DNA of 64,000 nucleotides from Lama guanicoe (GCA_013239625.1 MU053472.1:1116001-1180000); one strand, 5' to 3'; counted from the stretch's first letter, positions 12,587 to 26,123 are shown. The notes: generated by a model not told the origin, from the sequence alone. A program made the numbers and translations.

Positions 12587-12672
12587 CCATTCGTTCCTGG
12601 CTGACTCGGAAGCACATCCAGAGGCTGCACACGGCCGCCACGGTCATCAAGCGCACGTGGCGGCAGTGGGGA
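12587..12672 (+). CDS. MYO19: MYO19 coding exon, IQ (IRSWLTRKHIQRLHTAATVIKRTWRQWG)
   Basis: cttag acceptor, GTGAGT donor. Confidence 0.93.
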
Positions 12673-13104
12673 GTGAGTACCGGCCTGTGAAGTCGGGGTG
12701 GGCAGTGATGTTTTGGACCCAGGTTGGAGTGCTGGCCCTGCCACTGCAGAATGGAAGGGTGGCCCCGTGTCTCAAGTGGGCACAGCACCACCCACACTGC
12801 AGGACGGCTGTGACACAGTGGGAGGGGTACAGGCAACTGTGGGAATGTACTAAAAACCATGGAATTGTACACTTTAGAGGGGTGAATTTGATGGTATATC
12901 AATTAGATCCCAATAAGGCTATACATTTTGGGGGGTTAATTTTTGCTTTTATTTGCCAGTGCAACTTAACTACAGTGGCTTACAAACTTTTTTGACCTAA
13001 AAGATACATTTTACATCACAATCCAGCACAGACACACACATACACGTATATAACTGAAACCAAAGTTTTGCCCAAAATGTCTACCCTGAGTTTCCTTGTT
13101 TTTA

Positions 13105-13390
13105 AGACTTTTTTTTTTTTTTTTTTAGCAGTTTTAGGTTTACAACAAAATTGACAGAAAGGTACAGGAATTTCCCGTGTACCCCTCTCCACACATATGT
13201 GTAGTCATTATTTTTATTTACCAGAGTGGTACGTTTTCTTTTTTTAAACCAAGGATGAACGTACATTGACACATCACAGTCAAAGTCCACAGTCCTCCTT
13301 AGTTTGGACAAAAGTATGACACGGATAGCCATTGTTCTAATGTCATACAAAGTATTTTCACTGCTGTAAAAACCTTCTGTCCTTCAGAAT
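13105..13390 (-). mobile_element. L1M 3'-end fragment
   Basis: T-run followed by gcagttttaggtttacaacaaaattgacagaaaggtacag. Confidence 0.65.
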
Positions 13391-13975
13391 AGCATATAGA
13401 ATCTCTCTTTTCCCTTGAAAGGAGGTTCAAACCCTTCATGTCTGTAAGACCACTCTCGGCCCACCCGTGCATGGACTGAACAGGCTCTGGGTGGCAAATT
13501 CCCCCACTAAATACTGTGGCTTTTCTTCCAGTAGTGAGCCCTGTCCCACTGGTCCTGCCCAGCAGCCATGTGGAGGTGCAGGGGGACACATGTAGTATAT
13601 GTGTTCATAGGAAGGTAGGAAGGCCCCCAGTTTGGGGCGCTTGGTCACAGTGAGCCCAGATTCCTGTCAGGTGTGTTGTGAACAGAGACGCCATCTCTTC
13701 AGGCCCCCTGCTCTGAGCAGTGTCACCTCCAAGGCTAGTGTTTTCTAAGGCAGCGTGTGTAAGGCCTAAGCACAGCTGCCTTGGGTATGAAGTTGTGCCA
13801 CACAGAGCCAGGTGCCCTTAACAGCGTCACCTTGTTGAGCTGAACGTTATATTAATTATATATATCATATAATTATATATGTATACACTATATAACCAAA
13901 TACTATGTATGGTTTCTGTTTTCCATTAAGAGACCTAGTAAATCGAAAGCTATAAAGTGGTGTTCTCTTTTTAAG

Positions 13976-14284
13976 ATCAGAATGGCCTTCCTTGCTTCTA
14001 AAGAACTGGATGGTGTGGAAGAAAAACACTCATCTCAAGCTCCTCGTTCCCCAAGCTCCTTCCCACTGCCCCTGGCACAGACCAAGCTCCTGCGGGCAGT
14101 AACCCACCTCTGGCCCCTGGGACTGGTCCTGGCCAACGCGGCTGTGGGTGTTCATGGCTTTCCGAGGAAACTGGTGGTCTTTGCCTGCCTCCAGCTCCCT
14201 GTGGGCAGCCCCAGTGGCTACACGGTGCAGGCGCAGACAGCACAAGAACGAGCTGGCATCATGTCCATCCGAGCACTGCCTCAG
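13976..14284 (+). CDS. MYO19: MYO19 coding exon, tail (IRMAFLASKELDG...WPLGLVL...SIRALPQ)
   Basis: T-rich tract + aag acceptor, GTAAG donor, 103 codons. Confidence 0.94.
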
Positions 14285-15238
14285 GTAAGCCGTGTGACGG
14301 GATGACGTCCTGCCACGACAGCTCCGGGTCCCTCACACCCCAGCGTGGAGGGGTGGGGGGCAAAGCCTGCGAGTCCACAGCGGGAGCAGGACCGAGGCTG
14401 GGACAAGAGCCGTCCTAACCCTGCTGGCGAAACCAGAAGCCTGTGCCTCCCTGATGGCTGCAGGTTGGACTGTTCCCAGCATTACGACCAGGAGTTTCCC
14501 AGAGCCCTTTCACTTTTTAAAACTGCTTCTACGTGTCTTAGTATCACCTCTGTACCTTTAAGTCAGTCCCACTTTCAAAAAATTGGGGTTATGATGACAG
14601 CTTATTTCCCTCCAATGGCAGTGGATTTGATATCATGTTTTCCTCAAGTTATATTCCTTGGTTTATCCTATTCCAGCTGAGCAGATGACAAGCAGGTGAG
14701 TCAGCGGTCTAAGTGCTGTGTTTTTAGGTTATGGGCCACCAGCCCAGAAAATGGGCTAATACTCAGTCAACCTACTACATGGGCCCACAGCAAGGATTAA
14801 GTGACACTGGCAAGCCAGAAGGAAGGAAATGTTGGATTTCCTACCAGAATGATTCCTATAGGACATAATCTGGATGAAATTTCCATGACCACACACAGGC
14901 CAGCCAGAGCGTAAACAGGAAGTGTAATTCTTTCATCTTTCCAGCTCTGAGCCTTTGTAAGAATTTGACAGGCGATACTCCTAATAGAAGAGCGATCCCT
15001 CCTAGTGTTTCCTCATCTGTCTGAGTGGGTGTGAAACTTTACATTTTAATACTGCTTTGGGCTCCGCCACTGTTTAAGAGTAAGGAGAAAAAACATTTAG
15101 TAACTCAATCCTGCTACCGCCGTGACTCTCACCGGTACCTATGTGTCCCCACTCCCTGCATTTCTAGCGTTTGCTCTGGGAGGTACCTTGGCCCTGGCAC
15201 CCGTAGGAGCTGGGGTTAAGCTGCATCTCTCCCCCCAG

Positions 15239-15367
15239 GGCTCGATAAAGTTTCACTGCAGGAAGTCTCCACTACGCTATGCTGATATCTGCCCTGAACT
15301 GCCGCCCAACAGTGCTACTGGCTTTAATCAGATCTTGCTGGAAAGACACAAGCTGGGCCACGTGTGA
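15239..15367 (+). CDS. MYO19: MYO19 last coding exon (GSIKFHCRKSPLRYADICPE...LLERHKLGHV*)
   Basis: ccccag acceptor, TGA at 15365-15367. Confidence 0.93.
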   Translation, partial: GSIKFHCRKSPLRYADICPELPPNSATGFNQILLERHKLGHV

Positions 15368-15844
15368 TTTCGTCTCACCTTCATCCTCACCTGGCTGTGC
15401 CATCCTTGGTGCCTCTGTTCCTACAAGGCCTTTTCCTGCCAGCTGCCTTGCCAAAGATACTTAATCCACACACAGCTGCCAAACAACTCCCACAGCGACC
15501 CTGAGCACCCACGGGAGAGCAATGGCTCCAGCCTGCAGGCCAGGCCAGGCCAGCAGCTGTGCCCGTGGGCCTGAGGCTCTGATGTACACCTCAAGCCCGG
15601 ACAAGTGTCAGGGTTGGTAGTTACCAAACTGGGATTAAGAAACGTCAGGGCCACAGAGAACTTCATTTTACTACCTTCAGAGATCTAACTCCACGGTGCT
15701 GGCCATCACTACAGTGGGTACCCACTTCCTCAAACCCAGTAGGCAAAGTCACCATGAAATCAGCTCTAAAATTATGGCCGGAGGAAATTTTGCATTTTAG
15801 TTCCTTTAAAAGGAACAAAACCCTACTATTTAAATATTTGTTGA

Positions 15845-15850
15845 TTTATT
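15845..15850 (-). terminator. Probable ZNHIT3 polyadenylation signal (TTTATT on +)
   Basis: AATAAA on the - strand ~400 nt downstream of the ZNHIT3 stop, in AT-rich UTR-like sequence. Confidence 0.6.
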
Positions 15851-15995
15851 TAATGTAATTTCAAGCAATTACATTATGAATCAAGAAGGATGAGCAATGC
15901 AATGTACCACAGAACAACCACATGTTAATTTTACTTAGAAACACTGAGCAAGTTTTAATTCAAGTGGGTGTAAAACTTGTCTTAACTGTACCAAA

Positions 15996-16001
15996 AATAA
16001 A
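15996..16001 (+). terminator. Probable MYO19 polyadenylation signal AATAAA
   Basis: First canonical + strand AATAAA I could find downstream of the stop codon. A second lies at 16238-16243. Confidence 0.6.
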
Positions 16002-16249
16002 ACATTTAAAAACAACCATATAAATGTCAAGTTCTCGCTCCATAGAGGGTTTGCCACCATGAGTACCTTCACCTGCCTGCACCACAGCCCACAGAGATGA
16101 AGATGCGTGGGACCTACCCGGCGTCAGCTGCTCCACATCCTGGAAAGCACCGCCCTTGCTTGGGCCCCACACTGGCTGGTCTCCTGGGAGGAGCAGGCAG
16201 GGTCTGGGAGTCCAGCACATGCTTGAGCAGGCAGCACAATAAATCCATC

Positions 16250-16431
16250 TTAAGAATCTTCATTCTGGGATGGTTCCACGATCCTTAAACAGCAGTCAGC
16301 AAACTCCACGAACAGGGGCTCCTGCATGCAGGCTCTCATGAGCTTTGCCTTGTTGTCCGCCTGATCGAGGCTGACCATCAACTGTCGAAGGTGTGGATTG
16401 AGCAGTAAGCTTCTCAGTGCTGCAGACTCCC
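16250..16431 (-). CDS. ZNHIT3: ZNHIT3 exon 5 ([19 protein letters not shown]...EPSQNEDS*)
   Basis: tttaag acceptor, TAA at 16252-16250. Confidence 0.96.
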
Positions 16432-17423
16432 CTTAAAGATGAACAGGGGAAGAGAGCCAAGCTGAGTTCAAGGTGGGGGGAACAGGCAGAGACAGCTGAA
16501 AGCTAAATGTTTCAAATGTAATCCACATCAAGGATGCTGCATCCCCTTACCCTTTCAATCCACACATTAGGTCAGCATATTGGGTGATCTCCAAGTCCAA
16601 TATTATCAGATTCTTGTTCTTGGTATCTTTGTAAATCATGCCATTTCAGCACAAACACAGAGAACAACAGCATTAAGTTGTTGGCATGTTTTCTTCACAG
16701 GTATAAAGGTTCTCAGTGGTAACGACAGTTACACCAAACACTCCGAATGGTGTTTCAGCAAATGTTCCAGCATGAAGCAGGCTCAGTAGCAGGGGACTGA
16801 CACTAACGTCTGTATGGTGCTTTACAGGTTACAAAATTGTTCACACCTATCCCCAGTTCAGCTCCTACCTCTGACTAACTAATCACTCCCACAGGACTGG
16901 GTGCAAAGCACCACCTCTGGGAGATGGGAAGAATGAAAACAGTGCCACCTGTAGGAAGTGCACTGGCCCGTTAATTATACACGTAACAGAAGTGCAATCC
17001 TACAAAAATGCTGGGCAGTATTAATACTGTGTCCCTCTGAAAAATCAAATCCTGGGATGACCCAGTCTGCATGAATGGCTGGGTGTAACGTGAGCACTGG
17101 GAACGTGGGAATAAATGCACCCCGACTAGTGTGAGAGAGAGACTGCTACAAAGTGCTGTGAGTGGTGAATTACAGGGCACCACGGGAAGCCGAAAAAGTG
17201 CCTAATTCTGAAAGCGAGATAAAAGGTCAAGAGAAGTTTAGCTGAGAAAAGGAAACTTGAACTAAGCCCCAAACGAGAAGAATTTTGCCAGCTCACAAAA
17301 CCAGTAGGATTCCAGGCCAAGGCTGGGAGCTGTGGAAGCCCTGTGTGTTTGCAGAATCATGTGGCTGGAAGGGCTCCGCACTGAAATATTTAATAGCTCT
17401 AAACAAGCACAGCATAGACTTAC

Positions 17424-17504
17424 CTAAATTCTTTAAATTCTGCAAAGAAATTCTGTCTTCTTCCTCATCACTATCGAGAAAGTCAGCTACAGAGTCATCA
17501 TCAT
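17424..17504 (-). CDS. ZNHIT3: ZNHIT3 exon 4 ([26 protein letters not shown])
   Basis: ctgtag acceptor, GTAAGT donor. Confidence 0.96.
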
Positions 17505-18490
17505 CTACAGAATATAACACAATCAGCTGCACGTGACTAAAAAAGCAAGCCTACGTGGCAGATTCTAATGACGACTCCAATAGATAAAAACGTACGTCCA
17601 CACAGGGGACAGAGCAGGCAGGTGCCCATAAGGATACAAAAGTAACCTATTCCTTCTCTGGAATCCGTGACTTCTCTAGGAGAGTGAAAGAATTGGTGAC
17701 TTTAACAAATGCACCCCAGTGTTCACACGCTTACTCTGTGCATTTGGTCCTTGGACTTAGAGCCCAATTTTCCAATTCCTACCACCCCACGTCCCCTCCC
17801 TATTCAACAGCTCCAGCCCTGTCATGAGCCAAAAAACTAGGTGCTCTGTAAAAGCCTGCTGACATGAGTCCCCTGGGTTTTCAGCATGGGCAGAAATTTC
17901 TGGCCATGCCTGAATCCAACAAGGAAGTTTATCAAAGGGCAGAAGCGGGCCATCCCCCGACTGTGAATATTCAACACCTCTTTGGTGGCATCAGGAAGGG
18001 CTGCTTTCAGAGCCTGGCCCAGTGCATGACACCCAGGAGGCACTACTGAAAGGCTAGATGGATGGAAAGGATGGCAGCCCATTCCTGCTATAAGCTGTGA
18101 AGAGCTGCCAGCAGCAGCAAGGCCAAAGGCAGCCTCCCCGCTGGACCCAGCTCAGGTGACAGGCCCAGGGAGGGCTACCTGAAGCCGTGACTAGAAAGGC
18201 TCCCTGCCAGCAGGGTCCACCCTTCACTCCTAGCCACAGCTATGGCCTTTCTCCCCTCTGCCTCCTACCCCCGCTCTTCACCACCTGCACCTTCGGGCTG
18301 CTCTGTAGTATCACCGGATGACACGTGCCCCCACCTGCCATGCCCAGGGCTGAGGGAGCTGCTGCTCCCCAATGAAGCCACCGTTCTTGACTCCCAGCCC
18401 CAATCCAAACCTCCTCTCCTCTTTTCTTTCAATGTGTTCTATTTGAAAACCCTTTTCCAGATTGGTTTATTTGGTGTCAACCCAACCCAC

Positions 18491-18574
18491 CTTTGTCTTC
18501 CACGGGCTTTTTAGTTTTTGCAGTAAGAGCTGGTATTTTTTTCTGAACAGGATGTGTTTCAGGGTTGCACTGCT
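18491..18574 (-). CDS. ZNHIT3: ZNHIT3 exon 3 (QCNPETHPVQKKIPALTAKTKKPVEDK)
   Basis: tttcag acceptor, GTGGGT donor. Confidence 0.93.
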
Positions 18575-18843
18575 CTGAAAGAGAGACACAAATCACAGGT
18601 GCACATCACCTCCATTTGAGTGACAGGGCTGCACCTCCCCTACAAGCCAGCATCTGGGGAGGAAACATATGTACGGGGTAAGAGAAGTGGGTGGAGACAG
18701 AGAAAGTGAGAGATCCAATCAAGAGGCAGTAGAAGAAAACAAGCAAGCCTGAGCCTGGCAGAAGGGCCGAGGAAGCAGGCCTCGTGCACCCCTACCGCCT
18801 GTCCCCATCCTCCTGTAATAGGGAAGAACATGTCTGACTCCAC

Positions 18844-19293
18844 TGTTAGATCTGTTTCCTTTTCTTTAACCTTTGTATTCTATTGTTTTTGCTACAAGTT
18901 AAGAATGTTGCCTATAGCCTAAAATATACAGGACAGCCCATTCTCAAGGCTGCGACCTTTAAAAGTGTAACACTTTTCCCTTCATATAGAGATAAAAAGT
19001 TGCAGAATAGAGAATAACATTTGTCTTGTTGGAGGTTTACAGGAACACCGCCACCTGACCTATGTGGACAGCTGCAAGAACAAAGATTCCAATACCAAGA
19101 AGTTTGTGGCAACCAACCTACTTTAGTATAAAAGAAGCCTGAATTCTAACTCAGATAAGATGCTTCTTTGGGACACTAATCAACCATCTTCTCAGTTAGC
19201 TGGCTTTCTGAATAAAGTCACTATTCCTTGCCCCAACAACTCAATTTGTTAGCCTGTCGTTCAGCGAGCGGTACAAGATTGGACTTGGTAACA
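18844..19293 (+). mobile_element. Solo ERV1-type LTR in ZNHIT3 intron 2
   Basis: TGTTA...TAACA inverted ends, TATAAAA ~19127, AATAAA ~19211. Confidence 0.75.
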
Positions 19294-20789
19294 CTCCTTG
19301 CCCTGCCTAACTGCACAGAGCTTTCACCATGGTTTGGTAGCACACCGACTTCAATTAGCATGAAACTATGTTCTCAGCAGTTTCAGATATCAAATTTGCA
19401 TGTACCATGTGCTAAGGGGAATACACAGATGAAAGTCATCAGGCCCACCTCGGAGGGGTTTAAGACATGGACTAGATGGGAAAAGTCTGATATAAGTCAC
19501 CTGAGAGGGCCAGGAGATAAAAGGGGAAGGTGCTGCCAGGTGAAAAGAGCGTTCTGGGCAGAGAGAAAGGTCTCCGGTTGGTCTTGACCCTTGAAAGAAT
19601 AGTCAGGTACAAGGAGATGGTAATGAGCGACTGCCAACTCATGAGGCTTGCCCCTTGCCTGGCAGGTGGCTGGGTCACAAGAGGAGGGAAGCCAAGCAAA
19701 AGAATGCCACACACAGGTCTGCCTTTCTTCCCCAGACCAGCATCTCTCAGCAAGAGTGCTGTGCTGAGGGCAGAAAGGTCTTTAGAGGCATAGGATAACC
19801 TCAAATGTTTGTGAGTCAATATCAACTAAATAATAAATAAAGGCTGTTTATGTGAGTCAATACCAATACCAGAAGTACCACCAACTCCTCCCTACTATTG
19901 TGACCACGTGTCTCCATAGGGAGAGCAAAACCCAGATTAAGAATCCCTGACAGAGAAACTAGACTTTTCAACAAGGAGGTGAACTGCTCAAATTTGTATT
20001 TCAGAAAAAAATCACCCAGGCAGCAGCAAGGCCACGACGTTAGTTGAGCTTTTGACTGCCCTAGGGGTTCTTGGAGGGGCTACAGGATCAGAGCTAAGCG
20101 TTCCAGACCCAGCTCCCCAACCCTATTTCCAGCAAAGCAGTTCTACTTCTTCCCTGTCTTGAGCTGAAAAGTTTTTTTTTTAATGCTCCAGAAATATTAA
20201 GGTTAAAAAAAAAAGTCTCCAGCGGGGGGGTGGGGGGGGTGGCGACGGGAGGTGGTGTGTTCTTGAAACTGTAGAAAAACCACCAATGAGGAACATAAGC
20301 CACCGAGAGAGGTAGTGGGACAGGGTCGTTGAGGATTGAAAACAGACGCCGGATTAGAAAGGCGTAAAATGTAGACTTGACAGTATTAATAGCTAACAGC
20401 GTTGCTCCTTATTGTAAACAGGTCTACCTCAACGTTTCTATCAAGCTACTATTCAAAAGAAAAACAATGTTAACCTCAGCCAACATAGCTTCTTCCAAAC
20501 GGTGCCGAGCTGCGTCAGAACACTAAGAGGAAGGAACAGCTAGGATAGACTCCTGCGGCGAAAGCAGTCGGCTACTCTTAAAGAAAAAGATGTAGAAGGG
20601 AGAGCAGGGCGGAGAAAAGGTTTTAGATTGTTCAAGACCCCGAGAGCCACTCCCAGGTAAAGGACTCCCCCCGCCCCCAAACCTAGGGCTCCCCAAGGAT
20701 CGGACGCAACAGGAGAGCGGCCTGAACCGTCCAAGTCCCCGAGACAGCGGCGGACATCGGGGCTGCCGCGCACAAGGAGGGGCCCTCAC

Positions 20790-20821
20790 CTTTGTGCTTC
20801 CGGAAGCAGGCCACGGAGCAG
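20790..20821 (-). CDS. ZNHIT3: ZNHIT3 exon 2 (CSVACFRKHK)
   Basis: ttctag acceptor, GTGAG donor. Confidence 0.95.
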
Positions 20822-20918
20822 CTAGAACAACAAAAGCCACAGGCCGCCGTCAGTCCCGCAGGCCGCGCGGACCCTCCCGCCGCCCGTCCCCCTGCCCTCA
20901 ACGACCCCCGGCACTCAC

Positions 20919-21058
<140 letters not shown>

Positions 21059-23460
21059 TTATTCCTCCGTTTCCTTAACCAGGACCAATCAGCGCGCAGC
21101 ACTTATTGGCAGGCCAAAGCAATGGATTGATCCTGCTCGTTTCCCCAGGCCTGAGAAGTAGAACGTCGATGCACTCGATGTGCATCCAGCCGCCGTTATC
21201 AGAGGCTTCCTTGATTAGGTCACGTTGTCGAAGGACTTATCCATCACTGCCCCTACGCGGCCGTGTGACTTGGAGCAAGTTATTGTCACTCTCCAGCTCT
21301 GTTGCCCACATATACGTAAAAAGATAAATGTCCTTTATCTTCTGGCTTGCACTTTCTCAGTCTTGCACAGGCACTGGGTTCTCCTCGCACATCTCATTTA
21401 TCTTTAGGCGAAGTCCAGACCTTGGCCAAACCGGACTTGATTAGATCATGTGACACTCATATGCCCTTCCCACCCTAGACGATTTTTCTCACAGGAAAGG
21501 AAGAGGCCTGGCCGCTGACAAATGTTTATGGAGCTCCAACTGTGAGCACTGCACTGCCCAGACACTGGGCTGGGGATACCTGGGGATTAGTAGGTGTGGT
21601 ATCTGCCTTCTGGGAGTTTAAGGCTTAGAGTGAAGGCAGGAGGAAGAGGTGGGAGGGAGACTCAGTCTTAGATTTGTACAGGTGATAGCCTGCAATTACT
21701 CACCCTAGAGTGAGTGCCTTCTTAAATTTTGCACCCAAGGCTCTGCACTACCCTCATCCTAGTCCCAGCCTTGAGTAGACAGACTGGCCCGGGGAACAGA
21801 TGAGTGACCTCTGGCCCAAAGGTGGCAATCCTGGTCCAGATAGGTGAAATGTGATGGGCCTTGAATGCCACCTCAGGCTTTAGGAATACACAAAGTCACA
21901 TTATATTGGGAGCCCTGCTCCTCCTCAAAGCCTTGAGCATGCCCAGCCTAACCAGAGCTCCAACCTCACATGTGCAGTGCCCTCTGAGGGCCATAAGTCA
22001 CCCTCACCTCCAAGGACCTCCCCCTTAGTGTTGGCCCATTAGCCCTCAGTATCTCACTAAGGCCCCCCGACTACTGTTACGTCTGCTGGGATAAACTGGC
22101 TACAACCAAGGCAGCCATTTGAGTCTTAACTCAAACCCCTCCCTGGCTGTGTGACTTGGAGAGATTGGCTACCCTCTCTGAGCTTCCTCATCTATTAGAG
22201 TGGATGTTCAGGCCTACTTTCCTGAGCTGTTGTGAGGCAGAGAGGAGACTGTAAAAAGGTCTGTGATCTGAAGTGCTACAAAGGTTATTTATGTCATGTC
22301 TAGAATGAGTCTGTAACTCTCCAGGAGCTCTGGTCCTGACCCCATGAGCACAGGTGCCAGGTCCCAAGTCCCTTGAGGCCAGGGTCCTGGAGCTCAGGTC
22401 CCTCCAGAAGGAATACACTAGGGTTGGGCCATGCTAGGGTTGGGCTTGAGGAACTATCCCTCCCTTGGCTTTGTTAGCCTTAAGGATGCTGTCCAGTCAT
22501 CAGTGCTGAAGTGTCATGCGTCCCTCTGGCTGCCCAGCATGCAGCTGCCCCTGCCTCCAGCCTCTAACTAGAAATGAGCCCAAAACCCAAGACATGTCCA
22601 CACTGACTCAGTAATCTGCAGCACTCCTTATATTCCTTAACAGTTGTGACCACTGCTGGTTTAAACCAGAAATATTCCAGAAAGTCAGTGCTTAACTGGG
22701 AAGGCCAGAGGTCAGTGACTTGTCTAGGCCACACTTGAATCCTGTGCCCTGTCTGGTACTGATACAAATTCACCCACTATGGGCATCACCATTCCCCACC
22801 CCATATTTTTCCTTGGAGTTGTACTTGGAGGCTGAGGCCATGGAGAATCTCAATTTTCAGGGGCTCAACCTGACCCCACTCCACATCCAAACCATGCTGA
22901 GTTTTCTACCTTTGGGTCCAGAGATGGTGACTCCAGAAAAAAGAAAATTCCTGGAATTCCTCATGCACATTCCACTCAGTAAAGATACCCCTCCCTTTGC
23001 TACCAGTGACCCCCAACTTCCATGGGCAGCCACATCCCTCCTGCTTCAATGACCAGGAAAGGAGGTGGCGGTGGCTCAGCTGTGATGGCGATTAGGTTAG
23101 GCAACACCAAGAAGTGAAGGAAGCCCAGTACAGCTCTTCTGGCCTGTGGCTAATTCAGAGAAGAAAGACAGGTATGACTCCAGGTCCAGCAACTAGATGT
23201 CTGTATTGATGGGACCTGGCTCTCCCTGCAGCCCTATCATGACCACCTACGGGCTATCTAAGGCTGTCTCATGCCTTCTCACAGTCAGCCTGAGGCTCAG
23301 GACTGGACCTGGAGACAGTTGAGGTAATAATCGAGGCAGAATGGTTTTCAGAGCTCTGCTGCCTGGCAATCGCTGTCAAAGCGCATTCCAGGGAGGCTGA
23401 GCCCGGCGCCAACGCCGAAGCCTAGAGACGCGCAAGGAGTCCGAGGCCTGGCGCTCATCA

Positions 23461-23475
23461 CCGCCAGAGGGCGCG
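23461..23475 (+). promoter_or_regulatory. CTCF-like motif CCGCCAGAGGGCGC
   Basis: Near-perfect match to the CTCF core consensus, within a small CpG-rich patch. Confidence 0.6.
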
Positions 23476-24527
23476 CCAGGTCGAGATTGGCCCTGGTATA
23501 GTGGGCGGGAGAGCTGGACTGGAGCACCGCTCACACCAAACCTTGTGTGGGGGGCAAGACTGTCTTGTCGCAAAGGGAAGAGTAAGTCCAGGCATGGCCT
23601 GCACCTCAGACATCACCAACTGGCGGGAAAGAGCACGGGGCTAAAGCAGGTAACGGAATGAGCAGGAGTGTCTTTCCATGAAAGCAAGGCCCGCGCCAGG
23701 ACAGCTGAGGGCTCCAAAAGCAGCTGGCTGTTCAGGGACAGTTCCCGTGGTGCCTATTGCTCGGAGCTTCCCAACAGTTGGAAGCTGGCCACCCCACCTT
23801 AGATGAAAGTTTAACCTAACTTCGAGAGCTTTGGGGTTACTAACTAGGGTGCGCCACTGCCCTGCACCTAATGCCATGACGGGGCGGGCAGATCTATTTA
23901 CCCCACGCAGGCTGCATGTTGCCCTTACCCGAGGCCAGAGGTTGATAAGGTTAGGCTCTCGGTGCAGCCATGCTAAATGGCTTTCTGCAGCACCAAGAGA
24001 AGTCAGTGTTTACAATGCCAGGTTCTCATCTGCTCCCCTCCTTTTACCTTCTAGTATAAGAGAGAGTAGTTCAGATATTAAAAGGTGTACAGTTGCTGGT
24101 GGAAATCAAATAAAGGAGGCCTGAGGTTCTGGTGGAGTGGATCCAATTGACATTCATTCCCCAACTCAAGACCATGACTGTCTGACCTTCAGTTAGACTC
24201 TAAGGAGAACTTCCAAACAACAAAAGAGATAAACTGCATTATCTACAGCAGAACTGATGGGAGAGCTCAGACCTTAAAGGTCACCATTGTTTCATGAATA
24301 CACCCTACCCACCTCAACCCCTTCACTTTTCTTTTTTCACCCCCTCTCCCACTTGCAAATCCACATCAATCTCCCACCTTAACATTCCCTTAGACAAACA
24401 GAGATCAAAGGAATCAGGGTTTCCCAGCCAGATTCTCCAAGAAACCGCTAAAGGTGGCATGTGGAGTAGGAGTGGGGCTAGGGCTTGCACAAACCTCTTA
24501 ACTCACCTCTATCTCCCGCATGGCAGA

Positions 24528-25300
24528 TGTCCGGGAGTGGAAATTCCCCCTCTATCCATCTTGAGTTCCAGTGGCTGCACTAATAAAATTGACACAAGAC
24601 AGATTAATAGGAGAGAAAGAAACAAAATGTAATTCACGTGCATGGAGATCCCATAGAAATGAGACCGAAGAAGTGGCCAAAACAGGTGGCTTTTGTACTT
24701 TTTAGAGAAAGAAACAATAAATGTGTAAGGAATTGGCAAGACAAAGAAGGAGATTTTGGGTGCCCAAATAATGAAAAATCTAAACAGAATTTGGGCTCGG
24801 CTTCTGAAAATGTGAGAAGAGAGAAATGACTTAAAGGCGAATTGCTAAGCACAAAAAGAGCAGAACTAAAAGTTCTTCAGCCTATGCATATTGAAAAAAG
24901 TGAGAATACTAATGGTGCGGCCAAGCAACCATCTGATCAGGAGAATTGTATGGATTAGTCATCTCAGCAGAAACCAGGCATTATTCTTCAGAACAAGGAT
25001 CCATGGAAGAATGACCCTGAAGGCTATTCAGAGATCACTGGGGCTGCCACTCCCACCGTGGCCCAGAGCACACAGCCCAGGGACAAAACAGTTTCAAAGG
25101 GTGCAACTGGCTCTCTGGTTCAAGGGGCCAGGATGCCTCCCAGTGCCTCAGGGATGCTCCCGTATCTTCCCACAGAGACTGGGGCTGAGCATCCAGCCAA
25201 AGATGATTATTCTCCAGTCTTAAGTTTTAATATTGTTTGCCCGTAGGTTTTGGACTTCCTTGGGACCCATCACCCCTTCTTTCTTGTTTCTCCCTTTGCG
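24528..25300. mobile_element. LTR fragment (-) followed by MaLR-like internal fragment
   Basis: aattgacacaagacagattaataggaga LTR-like text, and tggaagaatgaccctgaaggctattcagagatca..ctgccactccca MaLR-like text (recalled resemblance only). Confidence 0.45.
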
Positions 25301-25714
25301 GGGTCCATCGGCCCTGCCTTCTCTGACCTACTGCCAGCCTGTGTGATCTTGTGGTTTCCCTTACAGTGGCCCTGATTTGGATCATTGATATTCTTCCACA
25401 TCCATCTTGCCCTCACCCACATCCCTTACCCCATGCATCAGCTTCCCCTCTAGATGCTGGCTTGGTGGGTAGGTACAGCCTTGTCACTCAAGTGGAGGAG
25501 GTGACATGCACCTGAGATCTGTGTCTCTTTCGGAGCAGCGCAACTCCGAAGGAAAAAAAAAATGTTAAGCTGTTACTGCAAAAACTAAAAAACCTGTGGG
25601 AATAAAGATGTAATAATTAGAAAGAAGTGATCATGGGGTCTGTAGCTGCATTTAACGTGGAAATTGCCTTACGTTGAGGAGAAGCACCTATCCATCCTAA
25701 GTTTCTCCACTTTG

Positions 25715-26123
25715 TGTTACAGAAACGACAGGCCAGCCAAGAAACAAGCACCATTCAGAGGGTTGGAGTACTCAGATTTATTACGCCGTTGGGCTCAGAG
25801 GGGCTTCTGCTCCGAAGCTCTGAGCACCTCCAAGACGTGTGCATGGGGTTTTATAGGGTTAATTACAAATATGGGACTATTAGCCAATAAGGCTTGAACA
25901 GCAAAACCAAGGAATCAGTACACTGGAACTTATCTATTAGGAACAGATCATGTTACTGACACTTGTTGAGCTTGGATTTATGATTTAGCTTGTTAGCCCA
26001 GTAAGCTGACACTAAACTTCAGATTTACAAGTTAGCCCAGCAGAACTTAGATCAGTAAACTGACACTTACTACACTTAGATTTATGAGTTATCTTGTTAG
26101 CCCAGCCCGGCTTTTCCTTCTCA
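25715..26123 (-). mobile_element. Solo LTR
   Basis: TG...CA ends, - strand AATAAA and TATAAAA, internal imperfect repeats (agatttatgagtt..ttagcccag), near-match 4-bp flanks TTTG/CTTG. Confidence 0.7.

Larger units (their letters stand above)
1385..15367 (+). other. MYO19: MYO19 (unconventional myosin XIX), partial gene: 3' 15 coding exons, 5' exons lie outside the window
   Basis: Spliced join of 2001 nt (666 aa + stop), all phases consistent. Encodes the myosin motor C-terminal half ([16 protein letters not shown] switch [34 protein letters not shown]), IQ motifs and the short MYO19 tail (WPLGLVL, GSIKFHCRKSPLRYA). Confidence 0.97.

Noticed and set aside
25900..26110. Imperfect ~45-50-bp repeats, superficially array-like
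   Set aside because: Internal U3 repeats of a solo LTR in a mammalian genome, not CRISPR or a novel array
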